Source: the human T2T-CHM13v2.0 reference genome, Homo sapiens. Taken from it: a stretch of 64,000 nucleotides of DNA. Positions within the stretch are counted from its first letter, which is position 1. Every line of letters starts with the position of its first letter. Shown one piece after another: positions 1-36,087 of the stretch. The position numbers and the translations under genes were made by a program. The stretch lies in assembly GCF_009914755.1 (NCBI RefSeq), contig NC_060928.1; one strand, 5' to 3'. A model generated the notes under the pieces. It was given only the letters and a program-made list of their open reading frames with translations. It searched no databases and was not told where the DNA came from.

Positions 1-859
1 AATTTACAAGAAAAAAACAACCCCATCAAAAAGTGGGCAAAGGTTATGAACAGACACTTCTTAAAAGAAGACATTTATGCAGCCAACAGACACATGAAAA
101 AGGCTCACCATCACTGGTCATCAGAGAAATGCAAATCAAAACCACAATGAGATATCATCTCACACCAGTTAGAATGGCGATCATTAAAAAATCAGGAAAC
201 AACAGGTGCTGGAGAGGATGTGGAGAAATAGGAACACTTTTACACTGTTGGTGGGACTGTAAAGTAGTTCAACCATTATGGAAGACAGTGTGGCAATTCC
301 TCAAGGATCTAGAACTAGAAATACCATTTGACCCAACCATCCCATTACTGGGTATATACCCAAAGGATTATAAAGCCTGCTGCTATAAAGACACATGCAC
401 AGGTATGTTTATTGTGGCACTATTCACAATAGCAAAGACTTGGAACCAACCCAAATGTCCAACAATGATAGACTGGATTAAGAAAATGTGGCACATATAC
501 ACCTTGGAATACTATACAGCCATAAAAAAGGATGAGCTCATGTCCTTTGCAGGGACACGGATGAAACTGGAAACCATCATTCTCAGCAAACTATTGCAAG
601 GAGAAGAAACCAAACACCGCATGTTCTCACTCATAGGTGGGAACTGAACAATGAGAACACTTGGACACAGGAAGGGGAACATTACATACCGGGGCTTGTT
701 GTGGGGTGGGGGGAGGGGGAAGAGATAGCATTAGGAGATATACCTAATGTAAATGATGAGTTAATGGGTGCAGCACACCGACGTGGCACATGCATACATA
801 TGTAACAAACCTGCAATGTTGTGCACATGTACCCCAGAACTTAAAGTTAAAAAAAAAAA
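1..859 (+). mobile_element. L1PA 3' end (ORF2 C-terminus remnant, 3'UTR, poly-A), in OCIAD2 intron 6
   Basis: ORF 33-647 is the ORF2p C-terminus ([20 protein letters not shown]...[10 protein letters not shown]); G-rich 3'UTR; A-tail at about 849-859. Confidence 0.95.
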
Positions 860-3367
860 GAAATAATAGGAGTTGTTGCTTGGTTTATGACCCCCAGAAT
901 TTCACCCCTCAAAGAGCCAATAATGAGCTTTATGTTGAAACAGATGGTTGTATTTGTGGTCAGGGTCAGGCAGAGTTTGAACATCTTGATTCTTTTTGAA
1001 TTCAAGTAATTTCTAACAATAGCATAAAAATTATAAACACACAGTGCATTGATCCAGGATTAAACTATATGACTATGGAGTTAGATTTGGACACATATGT
1101 GCACATATATATACACATAATTTTTTAAATTAAAAAATCATGATACTTCCAGAATTTCTGGCTTATAGTTTGCCTAACTTGTCCCAGTTTCCTTAGGATA
1201 CCAAGGAAAATGCACAGGTTCGTTCTAGAATAATATTCGCATTTGAATATGAAATAGATGTCCTTGAGTCCCTTCTTGCATTAAAGTTTTATAATCTTAC
1301 AAATTCAACAAACATTTACTGCTATGAGGAGTTGGCAACAGGATAACTTTGTTTATGCAGGACAGTGATAGGATGTGTTTTGAATGATAGAAAACTCATT
1401 CAATCTGGCTTGGGTGGGAAGGATTACTTCGAAGGTAGCAAGGCCAGCAACTGCTATTGTAAAACCCTGAAGACATGGAGGAGGAACCCCTTTCTCTCAC
1501 TTATTTCCCCCCATTGCTTTGAGAATAAAGTGAAAATCCTTAGCATGGCATAAATTCCTTCAGGAGCTGACCTCTACCTGCCTGGACTTCCAGCTTGTTC
1601 TCTGCCTTTCCCAATAGCTCTTTATGCTCCAGCCATAGGATGTATTTATGGTTCCCTTTAAAAATGAAAATTTCCCCTCTCTACATACTATTCCTGGCCC
1701 AGAATCCCCTTCTTCAACCCTGCTATAGCTCCTACTATAGCCATAGCTCCTGCTATATCTCCTCTTGTCATAGCTTCTGCTGTAGCTCCTACTACTTGAA
1801 TCTATTAAGATTCAAGTCAAGCATCATCACTTGCTCCAAGAAGTCCTTAATGCCTATTCCTTAACCCTCCCCTCCACCTCAACTGAGTTAAGTGCCCCAC
1901 TCTACTTTCCTTTAATTAGAAAATCAAATAGCTTTGTGAATTATTGCCTCTCAGATTTGCTGGTAATGGCCCTTCACATAGGGCATAGCAATTCATTATC
2001 AGCTATGAATGCAAGCCCAGAGTGGGGCTGCCATGGCTGGCAGTGGGAAGGCAAAATGAAACCCCAGAACACAGAGCTTAAAGGAGCCCTGGAAACTAGT
2101 TACTTCAGTCACCTCCTTTCATAACAGACATTGTCTGAAAAATGTAGATTTCAGTCTTGTGTTCATAATTATTCTGGAATCCAAAGTGGGTTAATTGCAA
2201 AAGACACTCCTGAAATTGAAGAGGAAGAGGAAGAGGAAGCAGTCCTTTCCTTTACTTGTGCTACTTTTTCTTTCTTTTCCTGCACAGACCGGAATCATGT
2301 GGTCAATTCCTCCTCAGCAAGCTGACTCTAAAACACAACTTTGCAAGGATGGACTGAAGTTGGTGTTGTCTGTAAATATGGAATTATAGATTCTTTGGTG
2401 GCCTTGCTTCTTGTAATGGGAAGAGTAAGGGTTTGGAAAACAGATGATCTGAGGTGACAGACCATTTTCCACCCACTGCTAATGGTGTCACCTTCAGAAG
2501 GTCTCTGCAGCTCTTTGGGTCTCATGCAGCTCATCAGAAAGAGACAGTATTAAGGCCCCATCTATCACTACAGGACTAGGGAATGTGGCTTTCCAAAGTC
2601 ACATAGTTAGAAAAAGAACTTGGGTGTTTTGACTTCTAGTCCAGTTTGTTTTCACCATATTGTGCTGCTTCTCAGATAGAACCCACTGTGACCAGTGAGG
2701 GGTGTTTAGAGAAATGTGTCCCCAACACTAGTCTTGTAACTTCTATAGTAGAAATAGCTAATGTTTACTGAGCACTTACTGAGTGTCATGAATAATCATT
2801 TCTATTCTTTACATCTCATAAAAACTATCTTGATCACTATTTTATACAGATAAGGAAACTGAAGATCAGAGAGCTTAAGAAACTTGCAGGGTCACACAAC
2901 TTAGTAAGTGGTAGAACTGGTTTTTAAACCAAGTACTATAACAGCAGAGGTGATGCCATTAACTCCAAAGTCGTACTGCCTATTTCCCCTATTTAGAATC
3001 ATGATATATACAGTATTAACATAGAAAAAGCTCTGAGAAGCCCTGCAGTAAAGAAACCTGTTAAAGTTTTGTGTGACTCTGTGATGGTGGAAGCCATATC
3101 TGCTCATTGAGGAATTCTTTAGTAACTTGCACAATGTTTGAACACAGTAGATTCCCATTAAATATTTATCAAACAAATGAAATTGGTAAGTAAGTGTAAT
3201 AACAAAGTTATTATTGAAGTTGGGTAACAACAACGCTAAACTTGAGGGTTAAAACTTTTTTTACATGTGAATTTAAAAAATTGTGTTTAATATTATAAAT
3301 AGTGAGTAATCTTTCATTTAATTTCTTATAATTACATTACAATCCCTCAACCAAACAGATTACAAAC

Positions 3368-15143
<11,776 letters not shown>

Positions 15144-15389
15144 GATGACTTTGTGCTTGCTCTCCTTCCAGTTGTTTATCCTCTGCTTACTCCTTGACCC
15201 AGTGTCTAAGGAAGGTAGAAGAGAATCACTATGCCATGACTAAATGTTTGCATCAAGCTTAAAAGCATCCTGAGGATCCACTGGAGTTATTTGGAAAATG
15301 TGTTTTTCCTTTTGTCATTAGTCCATCTGCAAACTCAACTTCCAGTGCTCCTCTTCCACCAGCACACATACATGCACTCACTAATGGGG

Positions 15390-16200
15390 ACAGATCAGAT
15401 TTAGAATAGAGTGGAAATACCACACTGTGCACTGAGTGTCGATTATGTGCCAGGCCAGGGGATATGAAGAAGGATAAGACAAGATCACCGCTGTGAAGGA
15501 ATTCACAGTCCAAAAGGGGAGATAGACAAGTCAACAGTTACACAACATGAAAAGTATGCATGGGATGCTAAGGAAGAAAAGAAAGCAGGGTCCATTCCAT
15601 CTAGTCATGTCACAAAGGAACTAGGACTCCTAAGCTTTCAGGAGGATCTGTGGAGGGTAGATGGACTCTGGGGCAGGAGGACCAGGTTGGAAGGTGGTGC
15701 ACTAGTCCAGACAAGGAGTTACAGGGACGTGAACAAAGACCCTGGTGGGAATTTAGCATCTTTGATAGAGATGCTAAATTTGGGTTTGGAAATGTTGGAT
15801 TTGGGTGCCTGTGGGGGCAAACAGTGGAATTAGCCACTGTTAATATTTGACGATTTGGGTCTAGAGTTCCAGAACAGGGGTAGGCTAGAGAGATGAAGTT
15901 GGGAGCTGCCATCATAGAGATGAGAGTTAAAGCAGGGAACTTTAATAAATGTGTCTAAAAACAGTACTGGAGTATATGAACACTGAGCCCAAGGGAATAT
16001 CGAAAAGAGAAGAAAGATTAAAAAAAAAAAAGCAGGCCAAGGAAATGACTGAGAAGGAATAGCTGATACAGAGGGGAGGGAATTTCTGAAGGAGGGAGTG
16101 AATCATCAACACCATCACATGGCTTAGAAAAGTGGACCCTGGATTTGGCAATGATGGACATAATCCAGGTGGACTTTGAGCCTCCTCCTGCCCCCAGTGG
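15390..16200. mobile_element. Degenerate L2 fragments in OCIAD2 intron 1
   Basis: tatgtgccaggccagggg...aaggaattcacagtcc and gtggaccctggatttggcaatg, typical of L2. Confidence 0.6.
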
Positions 16201-16819
16201 CCACTGCATTCTGCAGCCCTGAACTCTACCTCTACCTCTGCTTTTCTTCTGCAAAATGAACCTCTTATATACAATTCTGTTTCCTACATCAGTTACTAAA
16301 CTTTGAGGCATTTGAGCCAAGGGGACCCGTACTCGCACCAAGTTTCATCACAGGTGTCTAATGTGATTACAGGGGCAGCACGGTGCCCTGCACGGGAAAG
16401 TACTGGGGTCAAAGAGACCAGAGTTCAAATCGTGACTCTTTACCCCTGCGATCCCTTTGGTGCAAATGACTTAATCCGTCTCTGCCTCAGCTTTCTCCAC
16501 TGTTAATTGGGCATAATGGACACAACAATGGTGAGGGGCTCTTGCAGGAATGAAGACTAGGATGAGGATGAGGATGAGGGATACGTCCATAAAGCCCCTG
16601 CACACCTTCCATTTCCTGAGCACTCCCAGGAAGTCTTTGCTGACCACGCCAAATTAGATTATCTTTGCTTAGCCATTAGGCCGCTGCCCTATATTGGGAG
16701 GCAAATATACCTCTCAGCTTCGGTGGCCAGGTCCCCTGGCACCCACTTAGTCCTCAGTCTGCACCTAAAAGCAAGCCTTCCGAGGGTCTTGCCTTGCAGG
16801 TGTAGCTCCCACCCCCCAC

Positions 16820-17690
16820 GCTGGGGTGGTCCGGGGACCCTCTGTTTCCTCAGTGGTGGGGAAGGGACCCGTGGGTTCGTGGGTGCTGACCGACGAATGT
16901 GCGGAGGAGGGCGCGCCCCAGCATGGGGGGCGGGGGTGCTTCTTAGGATGGCTTGGAGGGGGGCGCCTGCAGGGCTGGACGGCGGACGGGGGACACTGCA
17001 CTTTCTGATGCGGTCGGGGAAGCCGGGAGTCAGCCTACTGGAGTCCGCTGCCATCCCTGGCCAGAAGCAGCCAGCGCCACCCCAAGCTCCCCAGCCCCTC
17101 GCCCGTGCCGGGGCCGCCGGGGTCCGAGTTAGGGGAGAGTGGGGGGCGGCCACCGCTGCACCGCGCGGCCTTCGAAGGACTGCCCTGCGGCGCCGCGTTC
17201 CCCCGAGGCCACCCCCTCCCGCCGTCAACACTCCCCGGGGCGGGGGCTCACCTGTGTGGTCTGGGTCGCCTCCGAGGCCGAGTCCCTCGTTGCCAAGCCC
17301 AGCAGGCCTCGCTCCCCCGTGACTGCACCGCCGGCCCGCTCCAGCTTCCCGAGTACCCCACCTGTCTCCCCGGCTTCCTTCCGGCCCTTTGTGTTTTCTT
17401 CTCTTGCTCCGCCCCCTCGCCTGCCCGCTAAGCACTTAAGCTGGTGAAGTCACCCTACTGCCACCTGGCAGTCACTTTCGCTGTTGGTGGCAACCCAGGC
17501 TGGAACCCAGCTCTTGCCGGAACCCCTGCCCCATCCTTGAGGCTTGTCCCGACACCGAGTAGGTTCTAGTTCCTTTGTGCCTTCCAAATGACTCCCTTCC
17601 TCCAGCAATCACAGCCGCAACAGCCATGTATTGCGCCCCCGCCCTAGGCCAGGCGTGGGCATCACCTTTGCACTCCTTTCTGCAGCCGTG
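16820..17690. promoter_or_regulatory. CpG island / OCIAD2 promoter
   Basis: Very GC- and CpG-rich stretch with GC boxes (e.g. GGGGCGGGG about 17237, CCGCCCC about 17409) spanning exon 1. Confidence 0.9.
17252..17400 (-). other. OCIAD2: OCIAD2 non-coding exon 1 (5' boundary approximate)
   Basis: Consensus donor CAG|gtgagc at 17252/17251 inside the CpG island; TSS cannot be fixed from sequence. Confidence 0.8.
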
Positions 17691-17905
17691 TGTGGTGCCC
17701 ACTGTGACCTGCACTTCACAGACGGGTCATCTGAGTTGTGCAGGCCACTAAGGGAGCCTGGAGTCAACCCCAGGCCTGCTTGGCTCCCAGGCCTTCTCTT
17801 TCCATTGCTCTTTGTCGGTCCCCTGCTGCCTCCTGTCCCTCCCCAACTCTGACTTGTGGAGGGAAGCCTTTGACATGTGGGGGTACCTTTAATACCGATA
17901 TCACT

Positions 17906-18869
<964 letters not shown>

Positions 18870-19795
18870 CAGTTACCCCAGCCATGGCTGACAAAGTTTT
18901 CTGGGCTGAGCTGCCAGGACTGACTGAGTGTGTTGACTTGGAGAGAGGCTGTGGATCTCCACTGAAGGCCCTCTTCATTTCTCACCTTTTCCTATTGTGC
19001 GAATTGGTCCCTGTACCTGTGGCCGCTTCCTCCTCACGCCTCCCCGATCCACACCTCCAACTTGTTGTTTCTCAGATTCACACAGCTCTTTTCCACTGGA
19101 GGCCCTCCCCTGCCTGCAGCCTCTCCCGATTGGTCCTGTCCTGGCTTTTTCCTACTCCTTCTTTTTGACTGTTCCTCAGGAAAATCTTCCTTGACCCCAG
19201 CCTAAGGCAGGCCTTTCTTCTTTTTCATAGCACAGGACACTATTGTTTTCCTTCATAGCACTTATCACAACTCATTATGTACTTATTAGTGTGTTCATTT
19301 ATATAAAGCATATTTTCCCTGCTGCAGAGTAATCTTCATGAGGTTCAGAACAAGATGGTGTCAGTTTTGTTCACCATTGTGTAGCATCTTGGATATAGAA
19401 GGGGCTCAATAAATATTTGTTGAATGAATGAATGAATGAATGAATGAATAAGTGAGCCTAGGTTCAATGACTGTCAAGATACTGTTGTTTTGGATGGTTC
19501 ATTTCCCTAGTAGATCCTCCAGACCACATTCCTCCATGGATTCACTGGTTTTCTCCCCACCAAAGTGTGTCTTATTTCCTTTTCACTCCTTTTTCCACCT
19601 CCAAATTAAAGGGAATATAATTCTATTGCTAATTTCACATTGCATTACCAGAAATCAGAAAAAATCAGCTGGTTTGAACAGAACAGGTTTTGTGATTTAA
19701 ATGAACAACCCTCCATTACACTGAAGTCAGTGTAATGGACACATAACCTAAGTGGCATTTGTCCTTTAACATCTTGCTATGGTATGCAAGATGTT

Positions 19796-20728
19796 ATACC
19801 TGTTATGCATATGTGACAGCTGCGCTTCTGGTCTCCCATGACCTTATTATTTTTTTTTCTTTTTAGAGATGGGAGTCTTGTTATGTTGCTCAGGCTGGAG
19901 TGCAGTCCAGGCCCCCACCCTCATCTCTACTTTCCACCAAATAGGCCATTGACTACCTTAAATAGCAAGAAGTCATCATATGTAACGTGCATCGGTTATG
20001 ACCAATTGGTATTTGTTGGGCAAATCTGATGTGTCCATGTATTGTTCTAGCACTTTCAAAGATAATAGAAAAAGACATGAGTCTTTTCCACAAAGGATAT
20101 ATCAATTCCCAAAGAATTATAATAAATATACATTGCCGTAGAAGTCTATGGCCCTCAACAGAGCCTTTCTTAGGCTTTGCTTCTGCATCCTGCAGGGCCT
20201 CCGGATCATGACCTGATCCAAAATTGATTATCACTGGCTAATGCTATGAAAAATGTGGTTGATTTAGAAAGTGCCAAACCGTCCATGGCAGGTTTCAGCT
20301 TAAACTCTTTCCACAGCCCTACACTGACCTTAGCCAAGATCTGAATTCATTAGCAGGGCCCTGAGTGATTCAGCTCCTGCCTGCCTCTCCAATGCAGCTA
20401 TCTGAGGCCCTCCCAGGGCCCTCTGGAGTGACTCATGTTCTCTCCTTTCATGCTTTTATGTGCACTGGAGAGCCAGCCTGAATCAGCCTTCCTCTGCTTC
20501 TCCACCTCTCTCTTACTCATTCTTGAAGACTGGGCTCTGAGGTCACCTCCTCGTGGATGCCTTGCAGACTCAAGTTTAGTTTCTCACCTTCTGTGCTCCC
20601 ATCGCACTCTGCAGGGGATACCTGTTATGCATATGTGTCAGCTGCGCTTCTGGTCTCCCATGACCTTATTATTTTTTTTTCTTTTTAGAGATGGGAGTCT
20701 TGCTATGTTGCTCAGGCTGGAGTGCAGT
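19796..20728 (+). repeat. 111-bp direct duplication (19796-19906 and 20618-20728)
   Basis: 109/111 identical by manual alignment. Confidence 0.92.
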
Positions 20729-21262
20729 GACTATTCACAGGCCCAATAATGGCACACTACAGCCTGGGACTCCTGGGCTCAAGTAATCCTCCTGCCTCAG
20801 CCTCCTGAGTAGCTAGAACTATAGGTGTGTATCACCATGCCTGGCTCTCCCTCCCTCCCTCCCTCCCTCCCTTCCCTTCCCTTCCCTTCCCTTCCTTCCT
20901 TCTTTCCTTCCTTCCCTCCCTTCCTTCCTTCCTTCCTTCCTTCCTTCCTTCCTTCCTTCCTTCCTTCCTTCCTTCCTTCCCTCCCTCCTTCCTTCCTTCC
21001 TTCCTCTCTCTCCCCTCCCCTCCCCTCCCCTCCCCTTCCCTTCCCTTCCCTTCCCTTTCTTTTTGCAGGGTCTCTCTCTGTTGCCCAGGCTGGAGAGCAG
21101 TGATGTAATCATGGCTCACTGCAGCCTCTACTTCCAGGCTCAAGCAATCCTCCTGCCTCAGCCTCCCATGTGGATGAGACTACAGGCATGCACCACCACA
21201 CCAGCTAATTAATTAATTTTTTTTTTTTGTAGAGACAGGGTTTTGCTATATTGCCCAGGCTT
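20670..21262 (-). repeat. Alu monomer, (TTCC)n/(CCCTT)n polypyrimidine tract 20846-21060, partial AluJ
   Basis: Visible microsatellite flanked by Alu pieces. Confidence 0.9.
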
Positions 21263-21685
21263 TCATCATCTTTTAACTTCATCCCCATAGCAGTCCCATG
21301 AGTGGTGCTAATAACTTACTCAGTCATGCAGCCAGGAAGTGACAGTAGAATTTTAACCTGGGCTCTACAGTGATGAGTTTCAGAGCAGTGTGGCCCTACT
21401 GTCCTTTGGCTGTCCTTACACTGTTACAACCATTGATGTCATTCATTGGCATTCTGTCTGACTGTGAGCTCCTTAATGGTGAGGGCAGTCAAGCACTGAT
21501 CTTTTTCAGTAACTGGTACGTTGTATGAACTCACAAATGGTAATGATGATGAATGAATTTAATGAGGCACAAAATAAAAAGTGAATAATACATGGTCCTT
21601 TATTTCAAGAGGCTCACTGTCTTTCTTTCCCCCTCTCCATCCCTCCTGTGCCCCTCCCTCCCTCACTTCCTTTTTCCTTTCTTTC

Positions 21686-23156
<1,471 letters not shown>

Positions 23157-23552
23157 TTTCCTTTCTTTCTTAACAGATTAGTTGCAAGGCCTTTTAAACA
23201 ACCCTAGAAATATGTACTATTATCCCAATGTTATAGGTAGGAAAAATGAGGCAGAGAAAAGTTAAATAACATGGCCAAGGTCATAGCTGGGAAGTGGCAC
23301 AGCCATGATTCAGACTGCAGTGGCCTGGTCCCAGAGCTCATGTTCTTAACCTCTACAGTATGTTATGTCTCCAGTAGCCTCATTGGGCAGAGGACACACA
23401 TAGACTGATGCATAACAAGAGATAGATACAGACACCTGGAGAGACCTGGACAAGCAGCTTTGTGTGGTAGGAGAGAGTGCTGTGCAGTGTGGTTGGCTGA
23501 ATAGCAAGCCCTAGTAGGGGAGGGATGGAGATGGATTAAAAACAAAATGAGG

Positions 23553-24729
<1,177 letters not shown>

Positions 24730-27700
24730 GAGGCTATCCTTTATTTAACTCACAACTGCTCACAATAGACATCCTGAAAGTAAATTTACTACTTTAATAT
24801 TCCAAAACTGCTTTCCGTAGTCCATGATACGCAAAGCCTTTGAATGCAAAAAACAGAATGTTCCTGGTGTAGCAGAGAGAATATGTGGTTAAGCAGAGGA
24901 CAGTGATATCTTACGGCAAATGTGTTGACCCCATGACAAGTGTGCATTGTCAGCTTTGTGTCCTAGTATCTGTACTGAGCCTCTCTTTAGATAGCAAGCT
25001 TCTCACCTGGCTATGGTGAGGGTGGGAGAAAAGCAATTTGATTTGCTGGTGAAAATGACTCACAGCAAGATGTAAATGCGAACCACAGATTTAGCTCCTT
25101 GCAGGGCATAATTCCATTTTAGATGAGAGGCTTAGTAATCAAAACCTAATAAGCTTAGTAATCAAGATCTTGATAGAGTGTTGGGGGAAGACTCGCTTTC
25201 ACAGAGGAATTTTTGAGAATCCCTGTGTTACCCTAGTCAGCCCACTTTTTCTGATTCACTTGTCTGAGCATTAGGGAAACAAGCTTCAGTATCCTGGCAG
25301 TCCACTTGGGGAGGGGCCTAAGCTGTAACTGCTCCAGGCAGTTCAATTCCAGCTTCCCACTTGATAGTGCCTCTCAGGGCATCTTTGCACTGTGTCCACC
25401 CTATACCCTCTGACAGGCACCTACATGCTCTGCCATGGCAAGTTTATGACTTTTCTTTGGGTCCCATTGAAGATATCCCTAAAGCCTAGGAATTTAAGCA
25501 GGGACCCAGACTACCTGGGCTCAGTTATAGCCCCACTCCATATCTTTATATAAATAATTGCTTGGCACAGTGCCTGGCACATAGGGAGTGTTGTTTAAGT
25601 GTTCATAACCATTTCCTCCAGGGAAACTCTCCCTCCCTGGTCCCTGAGGCAGGAATCTCTCCTGTGTGCTGTATTTTGATGACCTCTTTACTCGCCTCTA
25701 TTCTAGGATGTGAGATACCTGAAGGCAGGGGCTGTCTTTCTTACCTTCAATTCTGTGACTAGAAAACCATATTGAGATTTTAATTTGAGTTACATACTCT
25801 TTCAGCAGTCTGAACAAATGGTAAGGATTCTCTCTTCCCCATTCCAAGAAAGTCACCAAGTGTCCTTAATTTCAGGATTAATGACTTTGGCACTATAGGG
25901 ATAAACAAAGAGTTCAGGGATAAAGCATGAAACAGGCATCTGGAATATCACCCCTATATAGAATTTTGTTGTAAAAAAGAAGCCCCAACCAAGAGAGGAA
26001 GTGGGCCAACCCTGGAGGGAAGATTCTGAAAGCTTTTCAAAAGACTGGGAGCGGGACAGAGGTGTTCAGGTCCTGTGGTACTGGAGACCAGCACTTCCCT
26101 CCCACAGCTAGTCTGTGGCAGGACCTCATGGCAGAAAAGCTGCATGGTCCCCTGAGAGAGAAGGTTCACCAAGTCTTTAATTTCCCAGCCGCCAAAAGAT
26201 CTGGGACTGGGCCACTGCTTTCAAGGGACCACGTGGATTTTGACACTGAATACCTCAACCAGTTCAGTGTGACCAGAAGAGATCAGAGGATCTTCTAGAA
26301 TGTTCTAGATTGTGCCAGATCCCTTCACTTGACCCTAGGAAAAAGGGTTCCTGCCCCCCATCCCCACCAAATTCTTGAGATTGAACTTCCTGAGTGAAAG
26401 GGGACTCTGAACAAATGTAACTTTATTTAGAGACACAAAAGTACATGGCCTTTTGGAAACCCTAGTGAAGTGAACTAAAATTCACATCTATAGCATGTCC
26501 ACAGTCCTGGCTAAGGCAGGTCATGTAGAATATTTGGTGAGTAAGTAAATAATGGAAGTACCTGAAATCTCTCCAGTCTATTTTTATAATCCCATAGCAA
26601 CATTTTTTATTTACCTACCTTGAATAAAGGTTTTCCACGGCCATTTCCTGAGTCTTTAAAGCACATGCAAATGAATTGTCTTTGAACAAGGATTCAAAAG
26701 ACTTTTATCACTGCAAGCTAGCAACACGCTGAATTTATATCTCCCCAGTATTACATTGTTGGTTGCTAATGTGACTAAGCCTTGCTACTTTACACTTTGT
26801 CTATGAATAGATTGAAGTCTCCAATGAGAACTTGCATCCCAAAGCCCCACCTAAAACGATAAAGCCTCAAAGGCAAAAACCCAAAATCTTACTTCTTATA
26901 TTGGTATCCATGTCACAAAGCTGCCTTGTGTCTACAATTCCTAATCCTTGCTCAGAATTTAAGTTAGTTGGGCTATTATTTTTTTCTAGTCTCAATTACT
27001 TGTGGTTATTCATACAGGGATCACCTAAATGAATTAAATCTAGAGATAATTGAACAACATTCCTTTAGTCCTTAGTTTCTGCTCATTCTCCCCTCTAGTC
27101 TTCAGCTGTTTTTTCTAGGCTGCTATACCAGCTGCAGATTCAATTTATTATCTTTTATTATCTTTCCGCCCCCCACCAGAATCCTCAAGAATTCACCCTT
27201 GACTTCTTTCAGTGTTCTTTTATCTAGGTTTTGTTGTGTTTGTTTTGTTTCTGCTTTCAATAGATTTTTGTTTTAGAGAAGTCTTAGGTTCACAGAAAAA
27301 TCTAACAGAAGGTACAGAGATATCCCATAATACCCTGCCCTAAAACATGCATAGCCTTCTGCATTATCGACATACCTCACCAGACCAGTACACTTGTGAC
27401 AACTGATGGAACTACACTGGACCTACACTGTCACATTTTTGCCCAGAGTCCATATTCTACATTAGAGTTCACTCACAGTGTTGTACTTCTATGGTTTTGG
27501 AAAAATGTATGACATGTATCCACCATTGTAGAATCATACAGAGTAGTTTCACTGCCCTAAAAATCCCCTGTGCTCTCCCTATTTGTCCCTCCTTCCCCCC
27601 AACCCCTGGAAACCACTGATCTTTTTACTGTAGCCTTTTCCAGAATGTCATATAGTTGGAACTGTACAGTATGTAGCCTTTTGAGATTGACTTCTTTCAT

Positions 27701-28454
27701 TTGCTAATATGCATTTAAATTTCCTCCGTGTCTTTTCATGGCTTGATAGTGCCGATGGTGCTTTTTCATTTCTTCTTAGTGCTGAATAATGTTCTCTTTT
27801 CTGGTTGGACCACAGTTTATTTATCCATCCACCTATTGAAGGACATCTTGGTTTCTTCCAGGTTTTGGCAATTATAAATTAAACTGCTATAAACATCCAT
27901 GTGCAGGTTTTTGTGTGAACATAAGTTTTCCTTTTTTGGGTAAATGCCAAGGAGCATGATTGCTGAATCAAATGATAAGAGTGTCTTCAGCTTCCTAAAA
28001 AATCTCCATACTATTTTCCAAAGTGGCTGTACCACTGTGCATTTTCACCAGCAATGAATGAGACGTTCTGTGGCTCCACATCCTCACCAGCATTTGGGGA
28101 TGTCAGTGTTCTAGATTTTGGCCATTCTAATAGGTGTGTAGTGATAGCTCATTTGTTCTTTTGATTTGCAGTTCCTTGAAAGCATATGAGGTTGAGCATC
28201 TTTATATATACATACATACATATATATATATATATACACACACACACAAAGATTTGTATATCTATATATTTATATAGATATACAAAGATGCCATCTATGT
28301 ATCATCTTTGGTGAGGTATCTGTTAGGGTCTTTAGTCCATTTTTTAATTGGGTTGTTTTCTTCTTGTTAAGTTTTAAGAGTTCTTTGTATATTTTTAGTC
28401 TTTCATCAGATTGTCTTGCAAATATTTTCTCCCAGTTTGTGGCTTGTCTTTTCA

Positions 28455-35286
<6,832 letters not shown>

Positions 35287-36087
35287 TTTGACATTTTAAA
35301 TTTTAATGAAGTTTGATTTATCAATTTTTCATAGTTCATAGCTTTGGTGTTGTAGATTTATTTTCTTTACCTTGTAACTATCCGAAGCGTATTTAAAAGA
35401 CAGGTAATAACTGGAAAAGTAGGAACAAGCTAAACAACACCATGATTAAGCAATCAGGCAAATCCTGAAGGTGAGATATTCCACTGGACAACTGTCCTGG
35501 ACTCTTAGCAAATCAGCATCATAGAAACAGTGAATTTATAGAGTAAAACCAATTTAAGTGACCCAACCATCAGATGTATTATAACATGTGGTCCTAGATT
35601 AGATTCCAGTTTATGTAGATTTAAATAGCTATAAAAATGATTTTGGGAAACGTTATGGAAATTGGAATATGGCTTGGGTCATAAATGATATTAAAACTCA
35701 TTAAGATTATTATTATGGCTCATTAGGCTTGATAGTTTTGATTTTGGTTATGGAGGCTGTCCTTATTTTTTAGAGCTGCATACTAAAGTATTTAGGGATG
35801 AAATGTCATGTCTGTAGTTTACAGTATTTCAGCATAAAAAAATAAAGCGAATGTAAAGGAACAAAATCTGAAAGAACAGAATTATTTCACACGTCAGATC
35901 CTGATTGGCTGACCCAACCAACACAAAGCCTGCTTTACTACAGTATATGAGTACAGAGAACACTTGGGTGGGGAAAGGGCATGAAATCCGGATTATGTCT
36001 TTCCCTTTTTTAGCTATGTGATCATGGCAAAGTACTTCTCTTGTCTGTGCCTCAGTTTCTTCAACCATAAGATAGGTATATTAGTTG

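Noticed and set aside
16689-17435. 248-aa and overlapping 199-aa ORFs as independent genes
   Set aside because: GC-rich CpG-island frames with GTG starts and low-complexity G/R/P/A composition; they run through the exon 1 donor into intron
20819-21143. (GRKE)n and (LPSF)n repeat ORFs, also 53257-53592 and 54381-54725
   Set aside because: Translations of microsatellites
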